Positions 38,578-48,566 are shown, counted from the stretch's first letter. The stretch is 64,000 nucleotides of DNA from an uncultured Bacilli bacterium (GCA_934101495.1 CAKORG010000003.1:2679-66678); one strand, 5' to 3'. Program-made: numbers and translations. Notes: generated by a model not told the origin, from the sequence alone.

Positions 38578-39024
38578 TTAATTTGACATTATTTTTTCTT
38601 TAACAAGTTTACTAACTAAAGACATATCAGCGTTCTTGCCTACTAAAAGTTCACCAACTTTTTTCATCACAAGCCCCATGTCTTTCATGCTAGTAGGTTT
38701 AACTTCATCTATAGCTGATAAAACAATCTTTTCTACTTCTTCTTCACTTAGCTCTTCTGGTAAATAAGCTGATAGTACAGAAATTTCTTCTTCAAGATTT
38801 GCAACTTCATCAGTTTTATTATACTTCTTATATTCTTCTAAAGAATCTTTTCTTACCTTAACTTGTTTTTTTAAAACAGCAGCTATTTCATTATCATCTA
38901 GCTCATGTTTCTTAGATATTTGTTCTAATTGTAGAGCACTTTTAAGCATTCTAAGCACAGATAGTTTAAAAGTATCTTTGCTTTTCATTGTGTTTTTTAA
39001 ATCTTCATTAATTTTTTCGTACAT
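38578..39024 (-). CDS. GatB/YqeY domain protein
   Basis: 148 aa. ...LSVLRMLKSAL...E.......E..AVL.K..K.R.DS...Y is the typical YqeY pattern. Lies downstream of rpsU as in many Firmicutes. Confidence 0.85.
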   Translation of the reverse strand: MYEKINEDLKNTMKSKDTFKLSVLRMLKSALQLEQISKKHELDDNEIAAVLKKQVKVRKDSLEEYKKYNKTDEVANLEEEISVLSAYLPEELSEEEVEKIVLSAIDEVKPTSMKDMGLVMKKVGELLVGKNADMSLVSKLVKEKIMSN

Positions 39025-39026
39025 GA

Positions 39027-39218
39027 TTAGCCTCGATTTCTTTTATGAGAGTTTTTAATTCCTTCTTTTATTTCGTTTCGTCTTCTAACGCCTGGTTTTT
39101 CATAATGTTTTCTTTTCTTTATTTCAGAAGGGACTCCACTTCTTGCAACTTTTGCTTTAAACTTTTTTAATGCTAAATCAACATTACCATTTTGCACAAC
39201 TACCTTTGTCAAATTCAT
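39027..39218 (-). CDS. rpsU: 30S ribosomal protein S21
   Basis: ...KVVVQNGNVDLALKKFKAKVARSGVPSEIKKRKHYEKPGVRRR... The start is ATG 39218 or, better spaced from the SD GGGAGGG, TTG 39212. The ORF-track start at 39275 is too long. Confidence 0.9.
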   Translation of the reverse strand: MNLTKVVVQNGNVDLALKKFKAKVARSGVPSEIKKRKHYEKPGVRRRNEIKEGIKNSHKRNRG

Positions 39219-39349
39219 TCCCTCCCTTCTTGTTACAATAAATATTATAACATCAGGTTTAAGCATTATCAACATTTTTCTTCATTTTTTGCACTATTTT
39301 CGCAAAGTTATGTTAGTATTTACCACAAATTAAGCAAATACATATAGTT

Positions 39350-39649
39350 TTATATCATACAACTTTTAATCTCAATAACATTTTTCTTTTTTAATCCAGT
39401 TACATTTACTATATCATCCAGTGACATATTCATCTCTAAAAGTTTTTTAGCAGTTTCTAATTTATTTTGGTTCTGACCTTCTTTAATTCCAAGCTCATGT
39501 CCTTCTTTAACTCCAAGCTCGCGGCCTTCTTCCAAATAGTCCTCTTTAATAGCATTCATTAGCATTTCCCTATCTTCTTCATATGTAAGAGATTTGATTA
39601 CTATTGTGTCATCATTAAGTTTTGTTATCTCATCTTTATTACTATTCAT
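39350..39649 (-). CDS. stand-alone copy of the C-terminal third of the adjacent Rpn-family gene (99 aa)
   Basis: 189 nt (39451-39639) are near-identical to 39758-39946. The peptide KDEITKLNDDTIVIKSLTYEEDREMLMNAIKEDYLEEGRELGVKEGHELGIKEGQNQNKLETAKKLLEM is shared with the full-length gene. Confidence 0.5.
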   Translation of the reverse strand: MNSNKDEITKLNDDTIVIKSLTYEEDREMLMNAIKEDYLEEGRELGVKEGHELGIKEGQNQNKLETAKKLLEMNMSLDDIVNVTGLKKKNVIEIKSCMI

Positions 39650-39946
39650 ATTTACCTCGTAATTAACTATTTTTTAATTCAAGTATTTTACTCTCTGGTA
39701 AATTAGTTACTTTCATTATGTCTTTGATAGGCATAAGCATCTCCAAAAGCTTTTTAGCAGTCTCTAATTTATTTTGGTTCTGACCTTCTTTAATTCCAAG
39801 CTCATGTCCTTCTTTAACTCCAAGCTCGCGGCCTTCTTCCAAATAGTCCTCTTTAATAGCATTCATTAGCATTTCCCTATCTTCTTCATATGTGAGAGAT
39901 TTGATTACTATTGTGTCATCATTAAGTTTTGTTATCTCATCTTTAT
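39451..39946. repeat. 307-bp-offset tandem direct duplication (units 39451-39639 and 39758-39946)
   Basis: Direct comparison of the two stretches shows only a few mismatches (e.g. CAGTTTCT vs CAGTCTCT, TGTAAGAG vs TGTGAGAG). Confidence 0.9.
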
Positions 39947-40538
39947 ATTTTTTCACCATTTTATTATTTGTCCTTTCTGCAAAATCCACAAGTTCTTCTT
40001 TGCCTAAATCTAGTGCATATAACAAAGCATACTCTTTTTGTAAATTTTTATTTTCTTTACAAATTCTTTTAATTCTATTTACATTTACATAATAAAGTGT
40101 AATATTTTTAACTGTTGCTACTTTATTAATTACATCATAACATCTATACTTTGTTATATTTTGCAAATTATTTTTATCACTAAAATCTAGTGAAATATGA
40201 ATATATTTTTTCTTAGGATTATAATTTTTACCACGCTTTATATCTTCGAGCATTATTGATACAAAGTATAGAAAGTTACGCATACGATAGTAATCTTTAG
40301 TATCACTATTTATTTCTATATGTATTCTCTCTTTTGTAGTATCTATTATTCCATCGACCCTTTTTTCTTTTTCAAAAATATCTGTTATTGGCAACTCACA
40401 ATTTACTATTTTTTCAACGCATATTACTAAATTAGTTATTTCTTTAATTAATTCTTCAAGTAAATCATGATCTTCTTCTTTAAAAAATATTTTTTTGAAT
40501 AGTCTATCATACCTAGATGTATAAAATTTATTATTCAT
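39663..40538 (-). CDS. Rpn family recombination-promoting nuclease / PD-(D/E)XK putative transposase
   Basis: 291 aa with DRLFKKIF..., VDGIIDTTKERIHIEIN and the characteristic C-terminal tail. Promoter TTGACA-18-TATATT lies upstream. Confidence 0.75.
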   Translation of the reverse strand: MNNKFYTSRYDRLFKKIFFKEEDHDLLEELIKEITNLVICVEKIVNCELPITDIFEKEKRVDGIIDTTKERIHIEINSDTKDYYRMRNFLYFVSIMLEDIKRGKNYNPKKKYIHISLDFSDKNNLQNITKYRCYDVINKVATVKNITLYYVNVNRIKRICKENKNLQKEYALLYALDLGKEELVDFAERTNNKMVKKYKDEITKLNDDTIVIKSLTYEEDREMLMNAIKEDYLEEGRELGVKEGHELGIKEGQNQNKLETAKKLLEMLMPIKDIMKVTNLPESKILELKNS

Positions 40539-40663
40539 TATAACCCTTTCTCTAGAATCACCTTCTACTTCCCTTTTATAAATTTAATTTATATTTTACT
40601 ACAGCAACAATATAGCACACAATTTTGTTATTTGTCAATATGATATCAAATCATATCTGTACC

Positions 40664-40683
40664 AAAAAGGCACAAGCCTTTTT
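40664..40683 (-). terminator. intrinsic terminator after the bacteriocin genes
   Basis: In minus sense: AAGGC-UUGU-GCCUU followed by UUU. Confidence 0.55.
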
Positions 40684-40843
40684 ATATTTTGCACATAGTT
40701 CTTCCAAGCAATCTTCTAACTGATGAACCAAATTCATACCCAATTTCATAAATGGTTTTGCCAAGTCTTGCTATTGAATTGAAAAATGTTGCTGTGAAGC
40801 CTCCGCCATCTATAAGTGCTAGTTCTTCTCTTTTTAATATCAT
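40682..40843 (-). CDS. double-glycine-leader bacteriocin precursor B (53 aa)
   Basis: Hand translation: MILKREELALIDGG|GFTATFFNSIARLGKTIYEIGYEFGSSVRRLLGRTMCKI*. RBS AAGGAGG. The leader is of the LS..EL..I.GG type. The mature part is cationic with a GxxxG motif. Not in the ORF track (too short). Confidence 0.8.
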   Translation of the reverse strand: MILKREELALIDGGGFTATFFNSIARLGKTIYEIGYEFGSSVRRLLGRTMCKI

Positions 40844-40854
40844 ATTTATCCTCC

Positions 40855-40989
40855 TTAATTACATCTTTTAGGATTTACAAATCCATTTATAAAACCTAAA
40901 AAGAATGTTCCAATTCCTCCGATAATAAACCACAGTGACTTTCCTCCACCTTTAATATTCTCCATTTTTTCACTACTTAAAATTTCCAT
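40855..40989 (-). CDS. double-glycine-leader bacteriocin precursor A (44 aa)
   Basis: Hand translation: MEILSSEKMENIKGG|GKSLWFIIGGIGTFFLGFINGFVNPKRCN*. RBS GGAGG. Lies immediately downstream of the exporter accessory gene. Confidence 0.8.
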   Translation of the reverse strand: MEILSSEKMENIKGGGKSLWFIIGGIGTFFLGFINGFVNPKRCN

Positions 40990-40998
40990 AAATACCTC

Positions 40999-41400
40999 CT
41001 AAAATAATGCTTTTTTAAGTTTTTTATATACTTTTTCTTCATTATAAAATATACCAAGTTTAAATACTTCGTTATTGTTTAATCTTTCATCTATTTTCAG
41101 TTTTACCATTTGATAATTAATAAAATTATCTTTATCAATTAGTACTTCACTTATTTCATTTATTTCCGCATCATAATTATCACTACCTATTTTAATATAC
41201 TTTAGATTCGTTAATACATCAGGGTCTTCAATTGATATCTTTACTTTTATTAACTCATCTTCTATATATCCGTAAGTCTGATAACATTCATAAATGTCTA
41301 TATTTAAAACATATCCTATTATAATTATAAATGCAATAACTAAAATAAATAATTCTATTTTAAAAGAGTATTTTATATTAATTAAATCTAAATAGTTCAT
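40999..41400 (-). CDS. small membrane-anchored accessory protein of the bacteriocin exporter (short HlyD/LcnD-like?)
   Basis: 133 aa with an N-terminal TM. Its start overlaps the ABC gene stop codon by 4 nt. Function is inferred from position only. Confidence 0.4.
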   Translation of the reverse strand: MNYLDLINIKYSFKIELFILVIAFIIIIGYVLNIDIYECYQTYGYIEDELIKVKISIEDPDVLTNLKYIKIGSDNYDAEINEISEVLIDKDNFINYQMVKLKIDERLNNNEVFKLGIFYNEEKVYKKLKKALF

Positions 41401-43433
41401 ACAGCCTCCATATTAATAACTTCATCAAATATATTTGGATATTTTTTATGTGAAATATAAATTATAGTTTTATTCTTGTAGCTTTCACGAATATTTTTTA
41501 ATATTTCTAGTTCTAGATTTATATCCACTTCGCTTAGTGCTTCATCAAGAATTAAAATGTTAGAATTTTTTAGCACAGCTCTAGCTAAAATAATTCTTTG
41601 TTTTTCTCCACCCGAAATGTTACCTTCATCACTACCAATTACACTCTCTAATCTAAATGCTTTTTTAGATATAATGTCATCAACTTTACAAATTTTACAT
41701 ACTTTATTTAAATCAATGTCAGATATTTTATTATCCAAAATAATGTTTTCTTTAATAGTCCCCGTAAATATATTTTCATTTTGACCCACATATGTAATAT
41801 TATCTCTGATAGTTTTTATGCTTATATCTTTATAATTCAATTTTCCAAGTATTACATCACCACTATAATCAGTTATATTTTTATTTAAAATATTACAGAG
41901 TGTTGATTTACCAGTACCAGATGCACCTTGCAGAAGAATAAATTGTCCTTCATTGATGGTTATGTTTACATCATCTAAAATATTTTGATATTTATTGTAA
42001 GAATATTTTAGATGATTTATTGAAATACCATATCCATCTGTTGCAGTTGCTGTGCCCAGGTTTTCTTTTTTAATACTAAAAAAATCATTAATTTTTGAAA
42101 TACTGGCTTTCATAAAACTATATTTTGGTATACAGTCAATAATGTTTTTTAATGGTTCAAAATAAAAACTTAATAAAGTATTAAATGTAATTAAGTCTAC
42201 AATATTAATAATTCCATTATATACAAGATAAAACCCATAAGTACTTATAAGAAATTGTCCTACTTCATAACAAGATATCTTAAATATTTTTGTTTTATTC
42301 AAATAAATATTAAGCTTGTATGTATCATATAAGTATTCAGTTAGTTTTTCTTCCACCTTATTTAGAGTATTATCTACTGAATCTAGATTTTTAATACTAT
42401 TTATCATTTTGATATTTTCCAATATGGTGTTATTCAGTTCTGCTTCATACGATATGTTTTGATAGGCCTTTTCAAAAACACTTTTTTTAGTTATTATTCC
42501 TATAAATAAGTAAATCATAGTTGTGAGAAAAAGTATTAAAAAAAGTTTACTATTTATACTTATTAATAAGAATGTAGTTATTAATACAAGTAAAAAATCT
42601 AAAGAGTATGTTATAAAGATTTCCGTAATCAAACCTTTAATACTTGTGAGTTCATTTACCCGTGAGAGAATTTCTCCAGATTTTCTTGAAGTAATAACTT
42701 TTAAAGGGAGATTAAACAAATGCTTTAGAAAGTCTGATGTGATTAAACAATCAATGTTTTTATTTAAATGATTTTCTAAGTAACTACGGTAATATGTTAG
42801 AAACAATTTTAAACAAGTAATAGATGAGAAAATAATAACTAATACTTTCAAATAGTTTATAGGATACTTGTCCATGTAGAGAGAATTAAACATTTGAAAG
42901 TAATAGCCTAATACTATTGTAAAAATAGTTAGTAGAAAACTTACTAAAACAATAATTTTAATTATTTTCTTCTCGGAAGCAAATATTTTCTTGAATATTT
43001 TGAATAAGGTTACTTCATTTTTTAAAACTACTATTTTCTGTTTGGGATAAAAAAGTAAAACTACTCCACTCCATTCATTTTGAAATTCACAAAGAGACTT
43101 TATCACCTTTCCTTTCGCCGGATCCATTAATATAATTTTGTCTTTAGTGATTTTTTCAATAACTACATAATGATTAAATCCTTTTTTCAAATTCATGTGG
43201 GCAATAGCTGGCAGTCTTTTAATATCCCTTATGTTTTCTACTTGCATTCCCATGGCGTCAAAACCATATTTCTTACTTGCAACTATTAGATTCCAAGCAG
43301 TTGTGCCTTCATTACTCGTTTTAGCATCTAATCTTAATTGTTCAAGTGGTACATTTCCTTTATAATATCTAATTATAGATAGCAAAGAACATACTCCACA
43401 ATCTTTTTCATCTCGTTGCCTAATAATTTTCAT
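41397..43433 (-). CDS. peptide cleavage/export ABC transporter with N-terminal C39 peptidase domain
   Basis: N-terminus QRDEKDCGVCSLLSIIRYY (catalytic Cys of C39), 6 TMs, Walker A GASGTGKST, signature ISGGEKQR, Walker B ILILDEA. Start taken at ATG 43433. Confidence 0.9.
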   Translation of the reverse strand: MKIIRQRDEKDCGVCSLLSIIRYYKGNVPLEQLRLDAKTSNEGTTAWNLIVASKKYGFDAMGMQVENIRDIKRLPAIAHMNLKKGFNHYVVIEKITKDKIILMDPAKGKVIKSLCEFQNEWSGVVLLFYPKQKIVVLKNEVTLFKIFKKIFASEKKIIKIIVLVSFLLTIFTIVLGYYFQMFNSLYMDKYPINYLKVLVIIFSSITCLKLFLTYYRSYLENHLNKNIDCLITSDFLKHLFNLPLKVITSRKSGEILSRVNELTSIKGLITEIFITYSLDFLLVLITTFLLISINSKLFLILFLTTMIYLFIGIITKKSVFEKAYQNISYEAELNNTILENIKMINSIKNLDSVDNTLNKVEEKLTEYLYDTYKLNIYLNKTKIFKISCYEVGQFLISTYGFYLVYNGIINIVDLITFNTLLSFYFEPLKNIIDCIPKYSFMKASISKINDFFSIKKENLGTATATDGYGISINHLKYSYNKYQNILDDVNITINEGQFILLQGASGTGKSTLCNILNKNITDYSGDVILGKLNYKDISIKTIRDNITYVGQNENIFTGTIKENIILDNKISDIDLNKVCKICKVDDIISKKAFRLESVIGSDEGNISGGEKQRIILARAVLKNSNILILDEALSEVDINLELEILKNIRESYKNKTIIYISHKKYPNIFDEVINMEAV

Positions 43434-43614
43434 TCTATTTTCTCCCTTCACTTTATATATTTCCTAAATAGATCAATTTTTCCCCCTTATTTTTTAATTT
43501 TTTTACAAAAAAAAATTTCTGTGGCTAAAAATTCTACAGAAATATCATAAATATTATATAAAAATTTTTGACTTTAATTTATTCTTAATAATGTCAAAAA
43601 GTGTCAAATTTCCT

Positions 43615-44040
43615 TTATTTCGACTTTTTTCGATGAAATATGACAACGAAAAAAAACATAATTATAAAAAAACATGTGAACGAAATAATGTAAGGCATAT
43701 ATTCATTTCTTTCTTTATTATTCGATGATATAGTTACTTCTTCATACTTCATTACATTTTCAATCTTTTCTTTATAGACTTCCAACGTGTATACATTCTT
43801 TTCTTCACCATTGCTTATTTCTAAGAAAACATAATTTAATCCATAGTTCAAATTTTCATTGTTTACAATTTTTATTTCATCCGTATCCCTTATTTTATAC
43901 TCTATTTCTAGAGTATCAACATTATTTTCTACATTTACTGTATATCTATTTACATATTTATCGAATTTCAATGACAATTCTCCATTTAAAATTTTTAAAT
44001 CTAAAAGCACACTATCACTTCCTATAGATAGTGTGCTCAA
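43615..44040 (-). CDS. cadherin-like beta-sandwich domain protein with a C-terminal TM anchor
   Basis: 141 aa. L.I....L.....Y.V.V.N.VDTLEIEY......I.......L..G.N.V.LEI....E..VYTLEVYK matches the cadherin-like repeat pattern. Confidence 0.55.
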   Translation of the reverse strand: MSTLSIGSDSVLLDLKILNGELSLKFDKYVNRYTVNVENNVDTLEIEYKIRDTDEIKIVNNENLNYGLNYVFLEISNGEEKNVYTLEVYKEKIENVMKYEEVTISSNNKERNEYMPYIISFTCFFIIMFFFVVIFHRKKSK

Positions 44041-44046
44041 ATTATC

Positions 44047-45126
44047 CTAAATTATTTTCAAAAGTATCTCATTCATCACATAAATGTAGGTTGGATTAAT
44101 AAAAATATAATTCTTTTTCTTTATCAGCTCTTTACTTTTTAAAAGAGGTTTAATATTATAAACATCTTCAAGTTTTTTTCCAAACTTATTTTGGAAATCA
44201 ATCATATTTATCCCATCTAATTTTCTTAAACCGAGCATTATTTCATAATCCATATTTTCTTTTTCACCAATAATTTCTCTATCTTCAACATAATCTCCAA
44301 GTAAATACTTTTTTAAGGTTTTAGTATTAGTATATCTTATTTTATCTAAATAACCAGAAGCTCCCAAGCCAAATCCATAATATTCCTCATTATTCCAATA
44401 GACTAAGTTATGGATACTTTCAGAGCCTCTTTTTGCAAAATTGCTAACTTCATAGTGGTGAACCCCACTTAATTTATTTTCAATATATTTATACATTTCA
44501 TAATCAAGTTCTTCTTCCATAACAGTAGTTTTGTTAGCATAGGCTTTAGTATGTTCTTCCAATATTAAACTATATGTACTTATATGTTCAGGATCAAGTT
44601 TTAAAAACAAACTTAAATCTTTTTTTAAAATTTTTAGAGTTTCCCCAGGTATTGCATACATTAAATCTAAATTTATATTATTAAATCCCAGATTCCTACA
44701 TAATTTCATTTTTGCTTCAGCATCTTTAAAATCTGCTTTTCTTTCCATAAATTGAAGTTTATCTATATTAAATGATTCAATACCTATACTAAGTCTATTT
44801 ACACCATAACTTTTTAAAAGCAATAAAAGTTCATCATTAATATCTTCAAGATTACATTCAAAAGTAAATTCTAGCAAATTTCTTGTATTAAAAACATTAG
44901 TCATCTCAAGCAAACTCTTAATTTCATTTAAAGCAAGACTACTCGGAGTTCCTCCACCAATATATATAGTTTTTATTTCATCGCCCATATATCTGTCCTT
45001 AATTTCAGCTTTCAAAGTTTTTAAATAAGCATAAACCCATTTTTCATTATAAATAAATTTACAAAAATCACAATAAGAACATATTCTTCTGCAAAACGGG
45101 ATATGAATATAAACTGAAGATGCCAT
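44047..45126 (-). CDS. hemW: radical SAM heme chaperone HemW (HemN-like)
   Basis: YIHIPFCRRICSYCDF (CxxxCxxC) with a HemN_C domain. Usual position downstream of lepA. Confidence 0.9.
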   Translation of the reverse strand: MASSVYIHIPFCRRICSYCDFCKFIYNEKWVYAYLKTLKAEIKDRYMGDEIKTIYIGGGTPSSLALNEIKSLLEMTNVFNTRNLLEFTFECNLEDINDELLLLLKSYGVNRLSIGIESFNIDKLQFMERKADFKDAEAKMKLCRNLGFNNINLDLMYAIPGETLKILKKDLSLFLKLDPEHISTYSLILEEHTKAYANKTTVMEEELDYEMYKYIENKLSGVHHYEVSNFAKRGSESIHNLVYWNNEEYYGFGLGASGYLDKIRYTNTKTLKKYLLGDYVEDREIIGEKENMDYEIMLGLRKLDGINMIDFQNKFGKKLEDVYNIKPLLKSKELIKKKNYIFINPTYIYVMNEILLKII

Positions 45127-45707
45127 TATAAGCCTTCTACTTGTGTATTTGCAAAATTAGAAGCACGATAATAATCACACAAATATTCGAAATTGGAAAT
45201 CAACTTAGCATATTCATTTCCTAAACCTTTAACCCTTTTAAGATATGATCCATAATTAATATTAAAAAAGTTTGTAATACTTTTAGTACTTTCTAAATAT
45301 TTTAATTGATATTTTACAATTATAAGTATCTCTTCGTCTGTTAGTCTGTCCCCAGCATTTCGAGGTTTATTTTTTAGTTCAACTGCTTTTTTATCACAAA
45401 TTTCGCCCATTACAGCTTTAACACTTTCTTTATTGTGACTTCTTGCAGCTTCGCATAATTTATTAAAAAATATTTCAAAGCTTGCTATTGCTTCTTCTTG
45501 TGCTACCATGCCATGGACAAATAACATTTCTAAATTACAGGCAATGTCCCTATTATATAATAATAAGTCGTTGTATAATTCGTTCTTGTCTATTTTTAGT
45601 AAATCACTTAAAGTATCCAATCTTATGCCAAATGTTAAAGCACATTTAGCTATAAATATCATTCTCTTTGATTTTGTGGGAAATAGTTTGCTTAAAGCAC
45701 TATTCAT
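45126..45707 (-). CDS. hypothetical protein, paralog of the C-terminal half of 45707-46738
   Basis: 193 aa. The LFPTKSKRMIFIAKCALTFGIRLDTLS... and ...EEILIIVKYQLKYL...NFEYLCDYYR blocks align with the neighbouring gene. Confidence 0.6.
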   Translation of the reverse strand: MNSALSKLFPTKSKRMIFIAKCALTFGIRLDTLSDLLKIDKNELYNDLLLYNRDIACNLEMLFVHGMVAQEEAIASFEIFFNKLCEAARSHNKESVKAVMGEICDKKAVELKNKPRNAGDRLTDEEILIIVKYQLKYLESTKSITNFFNINYGSYLKRVKGLGNEYAKLISNFEYLCDYYRASNFANTQVEGL

Positions 45708-46738
45708 TATCTTCCTCTCCTTTCAGAAAAAATGTGCATAGTACGATGATAGTCAGATAAATAATTGAAATCTGCTACTAAATCGGGATAAACCTGTTCA
45801 AAGTTTCTAACTCTTCGGGTATATTGGTTTTTACTAATCCTAAACATATCTAAAATCTTACCTGTCATAAGCATGTATTTTAGTTGAAACCTTAATATGG
45901 TTAAAATGTCTTCATCACTAAACTTTTCAGAATCTGTATTCTTGCGTTTAAGTAATTTGTTAACCTTTTCATCAGATATTTCGCTCAACACTTTTTCTAT
46001 TTTTTCTCTACTTCTTGTTGTTGAAGCAATAATTAACCTTTTTAAAAAATTTTCAAAGTTTTGACGTGCTATATCTTGTCTTTTAATTGTATGGTTAATT
46101 ACCATGTATAGCCTGTCATATAAAGGATTAGATTTATATAATAACTCCCTTTCAAGGTCTTCTTTATTTATTTCCAAAGTGATGCTTAGTGTTTCTAACC
46201 TAAGGCCAAATGTTAAGATACATTTTGTTAAGAAATCTTTTCTTCTGCGTTCAGTTGGAAATAGCTTGAATAAATACTCTGAATATGAGACTTTTGATTT
46301 TTCTGCTAGATTGTCCATTGAATGCCTTTTTAGGACTTCTACTACTCTAGTCATCATGCTGTCAGTTATAATTTCAGGTGCTTTTTCATTTAACGATTTT
46401 AACCTTTTTGTTAAATCACGATAAATTGTAAATTCAGTCGTTTTGAGAGCACTAGCAATTTCTGCTATTGTTTTGTCTTCTTCTGTGAGAAGCTTATAAG
46501 CTTCTAAAATACGTTCTCTTACTGCACTATCATCAACTGTTTTTTCTTTATTATCATCAATTTTTTTTAAAACTTCATCGTATTTATCTGAGTCGAAAGA
46601 CTTCATTTTCGTTGTAATATTATCGCGAACTGTAACATAAGATTGACCAACTTCTTTAGCAATTTGCCTATATGACATGCCACTTAAGTACATATCAGCT
46701 TGCTTTAATAAAAACTCTTTCTTTTCTTCTTCACTCAT
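45707..46738 (-). CDS. hypothetical two-HTH protein with a C-terminal domain paralogous to 45126-45707
   Basis: 343 aa. It has two SpoIIID/sigma-region-4-like HTH stretches (MSYRQIAKEVGQSYVTVRDNI; KTIAEIASALKTTEFTIYRDLTKRL), then LFPTERRRKDFLTKCILTFGLRLETLS... Confidence 0.6.
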   Translation of the reverse strand: MSEEEKKEFLLKQADMYLSGMSYRQIAKEVGQSYVTVRDNITTKMKSFDSDKYDEVLKKIDDNKEKTVDDSAVRERILEAYKLLTEEDKTIAEIASALKTTEFTIYRDLTKRLKSLNEKAPEIITDSMMTRVVEVLKRHSMDNLAEKSKVSYSEYLFKLFPTERRRKDFLTKCILTFGLRLETLSITLEINKEDLERELLYKSNPLYDRLYMVINHTIKRQDIARQNFENFLKRLIIASTTRSREKIEKVLSEISDEKVNKLLKRKNTDSEKFSDEDILTILRFQLKYMLMTGKILDMFRISKNQYTRRVRNFEQVYPDLVADFNYLSDYHRTMHIFSERRGR

Positions 46739-48540
46739 TATTCATCACCTAAAACTGCTAAGAATGCTTCTTGAGGAACTTCAACTGTACCAACCATTTT
46801 CATTCTTTTCTTTCCTTCCTTTTGTTTTTCAAGTAGTTTTCTTTTCCGTGAAACATCTCCACCATAACATTTAGCTAAGACATTTTTCTTTAATGCACTA
46901 ATATTTTCTCTAGCAATAACTTTTGAACCAATACTAGCTTGAATTGGTATTTGAAACATTTGTCTTGGAATAAGTTCACGTAGTTTTTTAACAATTGCTC
47001 TTCCCTTTTGGTAAGCAAAATCTTTATGGATAATTACACTTAAGGCATCCACAATTTCACCATTAAGTAAAATATCCATTTTAACTAGACTACTTTCTTT
47101 ATATCCACATAATTCATAATCAAATGAAGCATATCCTTTTGTAGTACTTTTTAATCTATCATAAAAATCATAAACAATTTCTGATAGTGGTATTTCATAG
47201 TGAACATCAATTCTTGTTGCATCAATATAATCAACTGACTTGTATATACCACGCTTATTTTGACAAAGTTCCATAATTGCCCCAATATATTCAGATGGAG
47301 CAATTATATTTGTAAAAATATAAGGTTCTTCGATATAGCTAATTTTTGTTTTTTCTGGCATTTTTGATGGAGCATCTACATCTATTTTACTTCCATCAGT
47401 AAGGGTTACCGCATAAACAACACTAGGACTAGTGGCAATAATCCCAATATTAAATTCTCTTTCAATTCGAGTTATTATTACATCCATATGAAGTAATCCT
47501 AGAAACCCAATCCTAAAGCCAAAACCTAAGGCTTCACTTGTTTCAGGTTCAAACGTTAAAGCTGCATCATTTAATTTAAGTTTAATAAGTGCTTCTTTTA
47601 GTTCTTCATATCTATTTGGTTCAGTTGGAAATATACCTGAAAATACCATTGGCTTCATTTTCTTATAACCTTTGATAGCTTCATTTGCTTCATGGCCCAC
47701 GATTGTAATGGTATCTCCAACGGAAACTGTACTTATATCTTTAATTGATGCCGCAATATAACCAACTTCTCCACTTTTAAGTTCATTATATTTTTCTTCT
47801 TTCGGTGTATGTACTCCGAGCTCTACAACCTCAAAAGTACTTTTGTTAGCCATCATTTTTATGGTATCACCAACTTTAATTTTGCCATCAACAAGTTTAA
47901 CTAGTAATACAACACCACGATAAGGATCAAAATATGAGTCAAATATTAAAGCTCTCGTAGGTTTAGTTATATCAATTTTAGGACCAGGTACTTTTTCAAC
48001 AACAGCATGAAGTATTTCTTCAACACCTTCACCAGTTTTAGCACTACATAAAATAATATCGTCTTCATTAAAACCTAAAACTTCCACAAGTTCTTTTTTT
48101 ACTCTTGGAATATCAGCGTTTGGTAAGTCTATTTTATTTATAACTGGAATAATTGTCAAATCTTGTTCCATTGCAAGGTATAAATTAGCAAGTGTTTGAG
48201 CTTCAATACCTTGAGCAGCATCTACAACTAAAATAGCACCTTCACAAGCTGCTAAACTTCTTGAAACCTCATAAGAGAAATCAACATGGCCTGGAGTGTC
48301 AATCAAATTTATAACATAATCCTCATTTTTATAATGATAATTTAACTTGACAGCATTAAGCTTAATTGTTATGCCTCTTTCTCTTTCCAAATCCATATTA
48401 TCAAGAATTTGTTCTTTCATTTCTCTTTTAGAAACTGCCCCAGTAAGTTCCAAAAGTCTATCTGCTAAAGTACTTTTACCATGATCTATATGAGCAATAA
48501 TTGAAAAATTTCTAATATTTTCGTTTTTCATTTCCAACAC
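46738..48540 (-). CDS. lepA: translation elongation factor 4 (LepA)
   Basis: [29 protein letters not shown], and the LepA C-terminal domain. Confidence 0.97.
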   Translation of the reverse strand: MLEMKNENIRNFSIIAHIDHGKSTLADRLLELTGAVSKREMKEQILDNMDLERERGITIKLNAVKLNYHYKNEDYVINLIDTPGHVDFSYEVSRSLAACEGAILVVDAAQGIEAQTLANLYLAMEQDLTIIPVINKIDLPNADIPRVKKELVEVLGFNEDDIILCSAKTGEGVEEILHAVVEKVPGPKIDITKPTRALIFDSYFDPYRGVVLLVKLVDGKIKVGDTIKMMANKSTFEVVELGVHTPKEEKYNELKSGEVGYIAASIKDISTVSVGDTITIVGHEANEAIKGYKKMKPMVFSGIFPTEPNRYEELKEALIKLKLNDAALTFEPETSEALGFGFRIGFLGLLHMDVIITRIEREFNIGIIATSPSVVYAVTLTDGSKIDVDAPSKMPEKTKISYIEEPYIFTNIIAPSEYIGAIMELCQNKRGIYKSVDYIDATRIDVHYEIPLSEIVYDFYDRLKSTTKGYASFDYELCGYKESSLVKMDILLNGEIVDALSVIIHKDFAYQKGRAIVKKLRELIPRQMFQIPIQASIGSKVIARENISALKKNVLAKCYGGDVSRKRKLLEKQKEGKKRMKMVGTVEVPQEAFLAVLGDE

Positions 48541-48566
48541 CTGTTACTATTTTACCAAAAATACCA

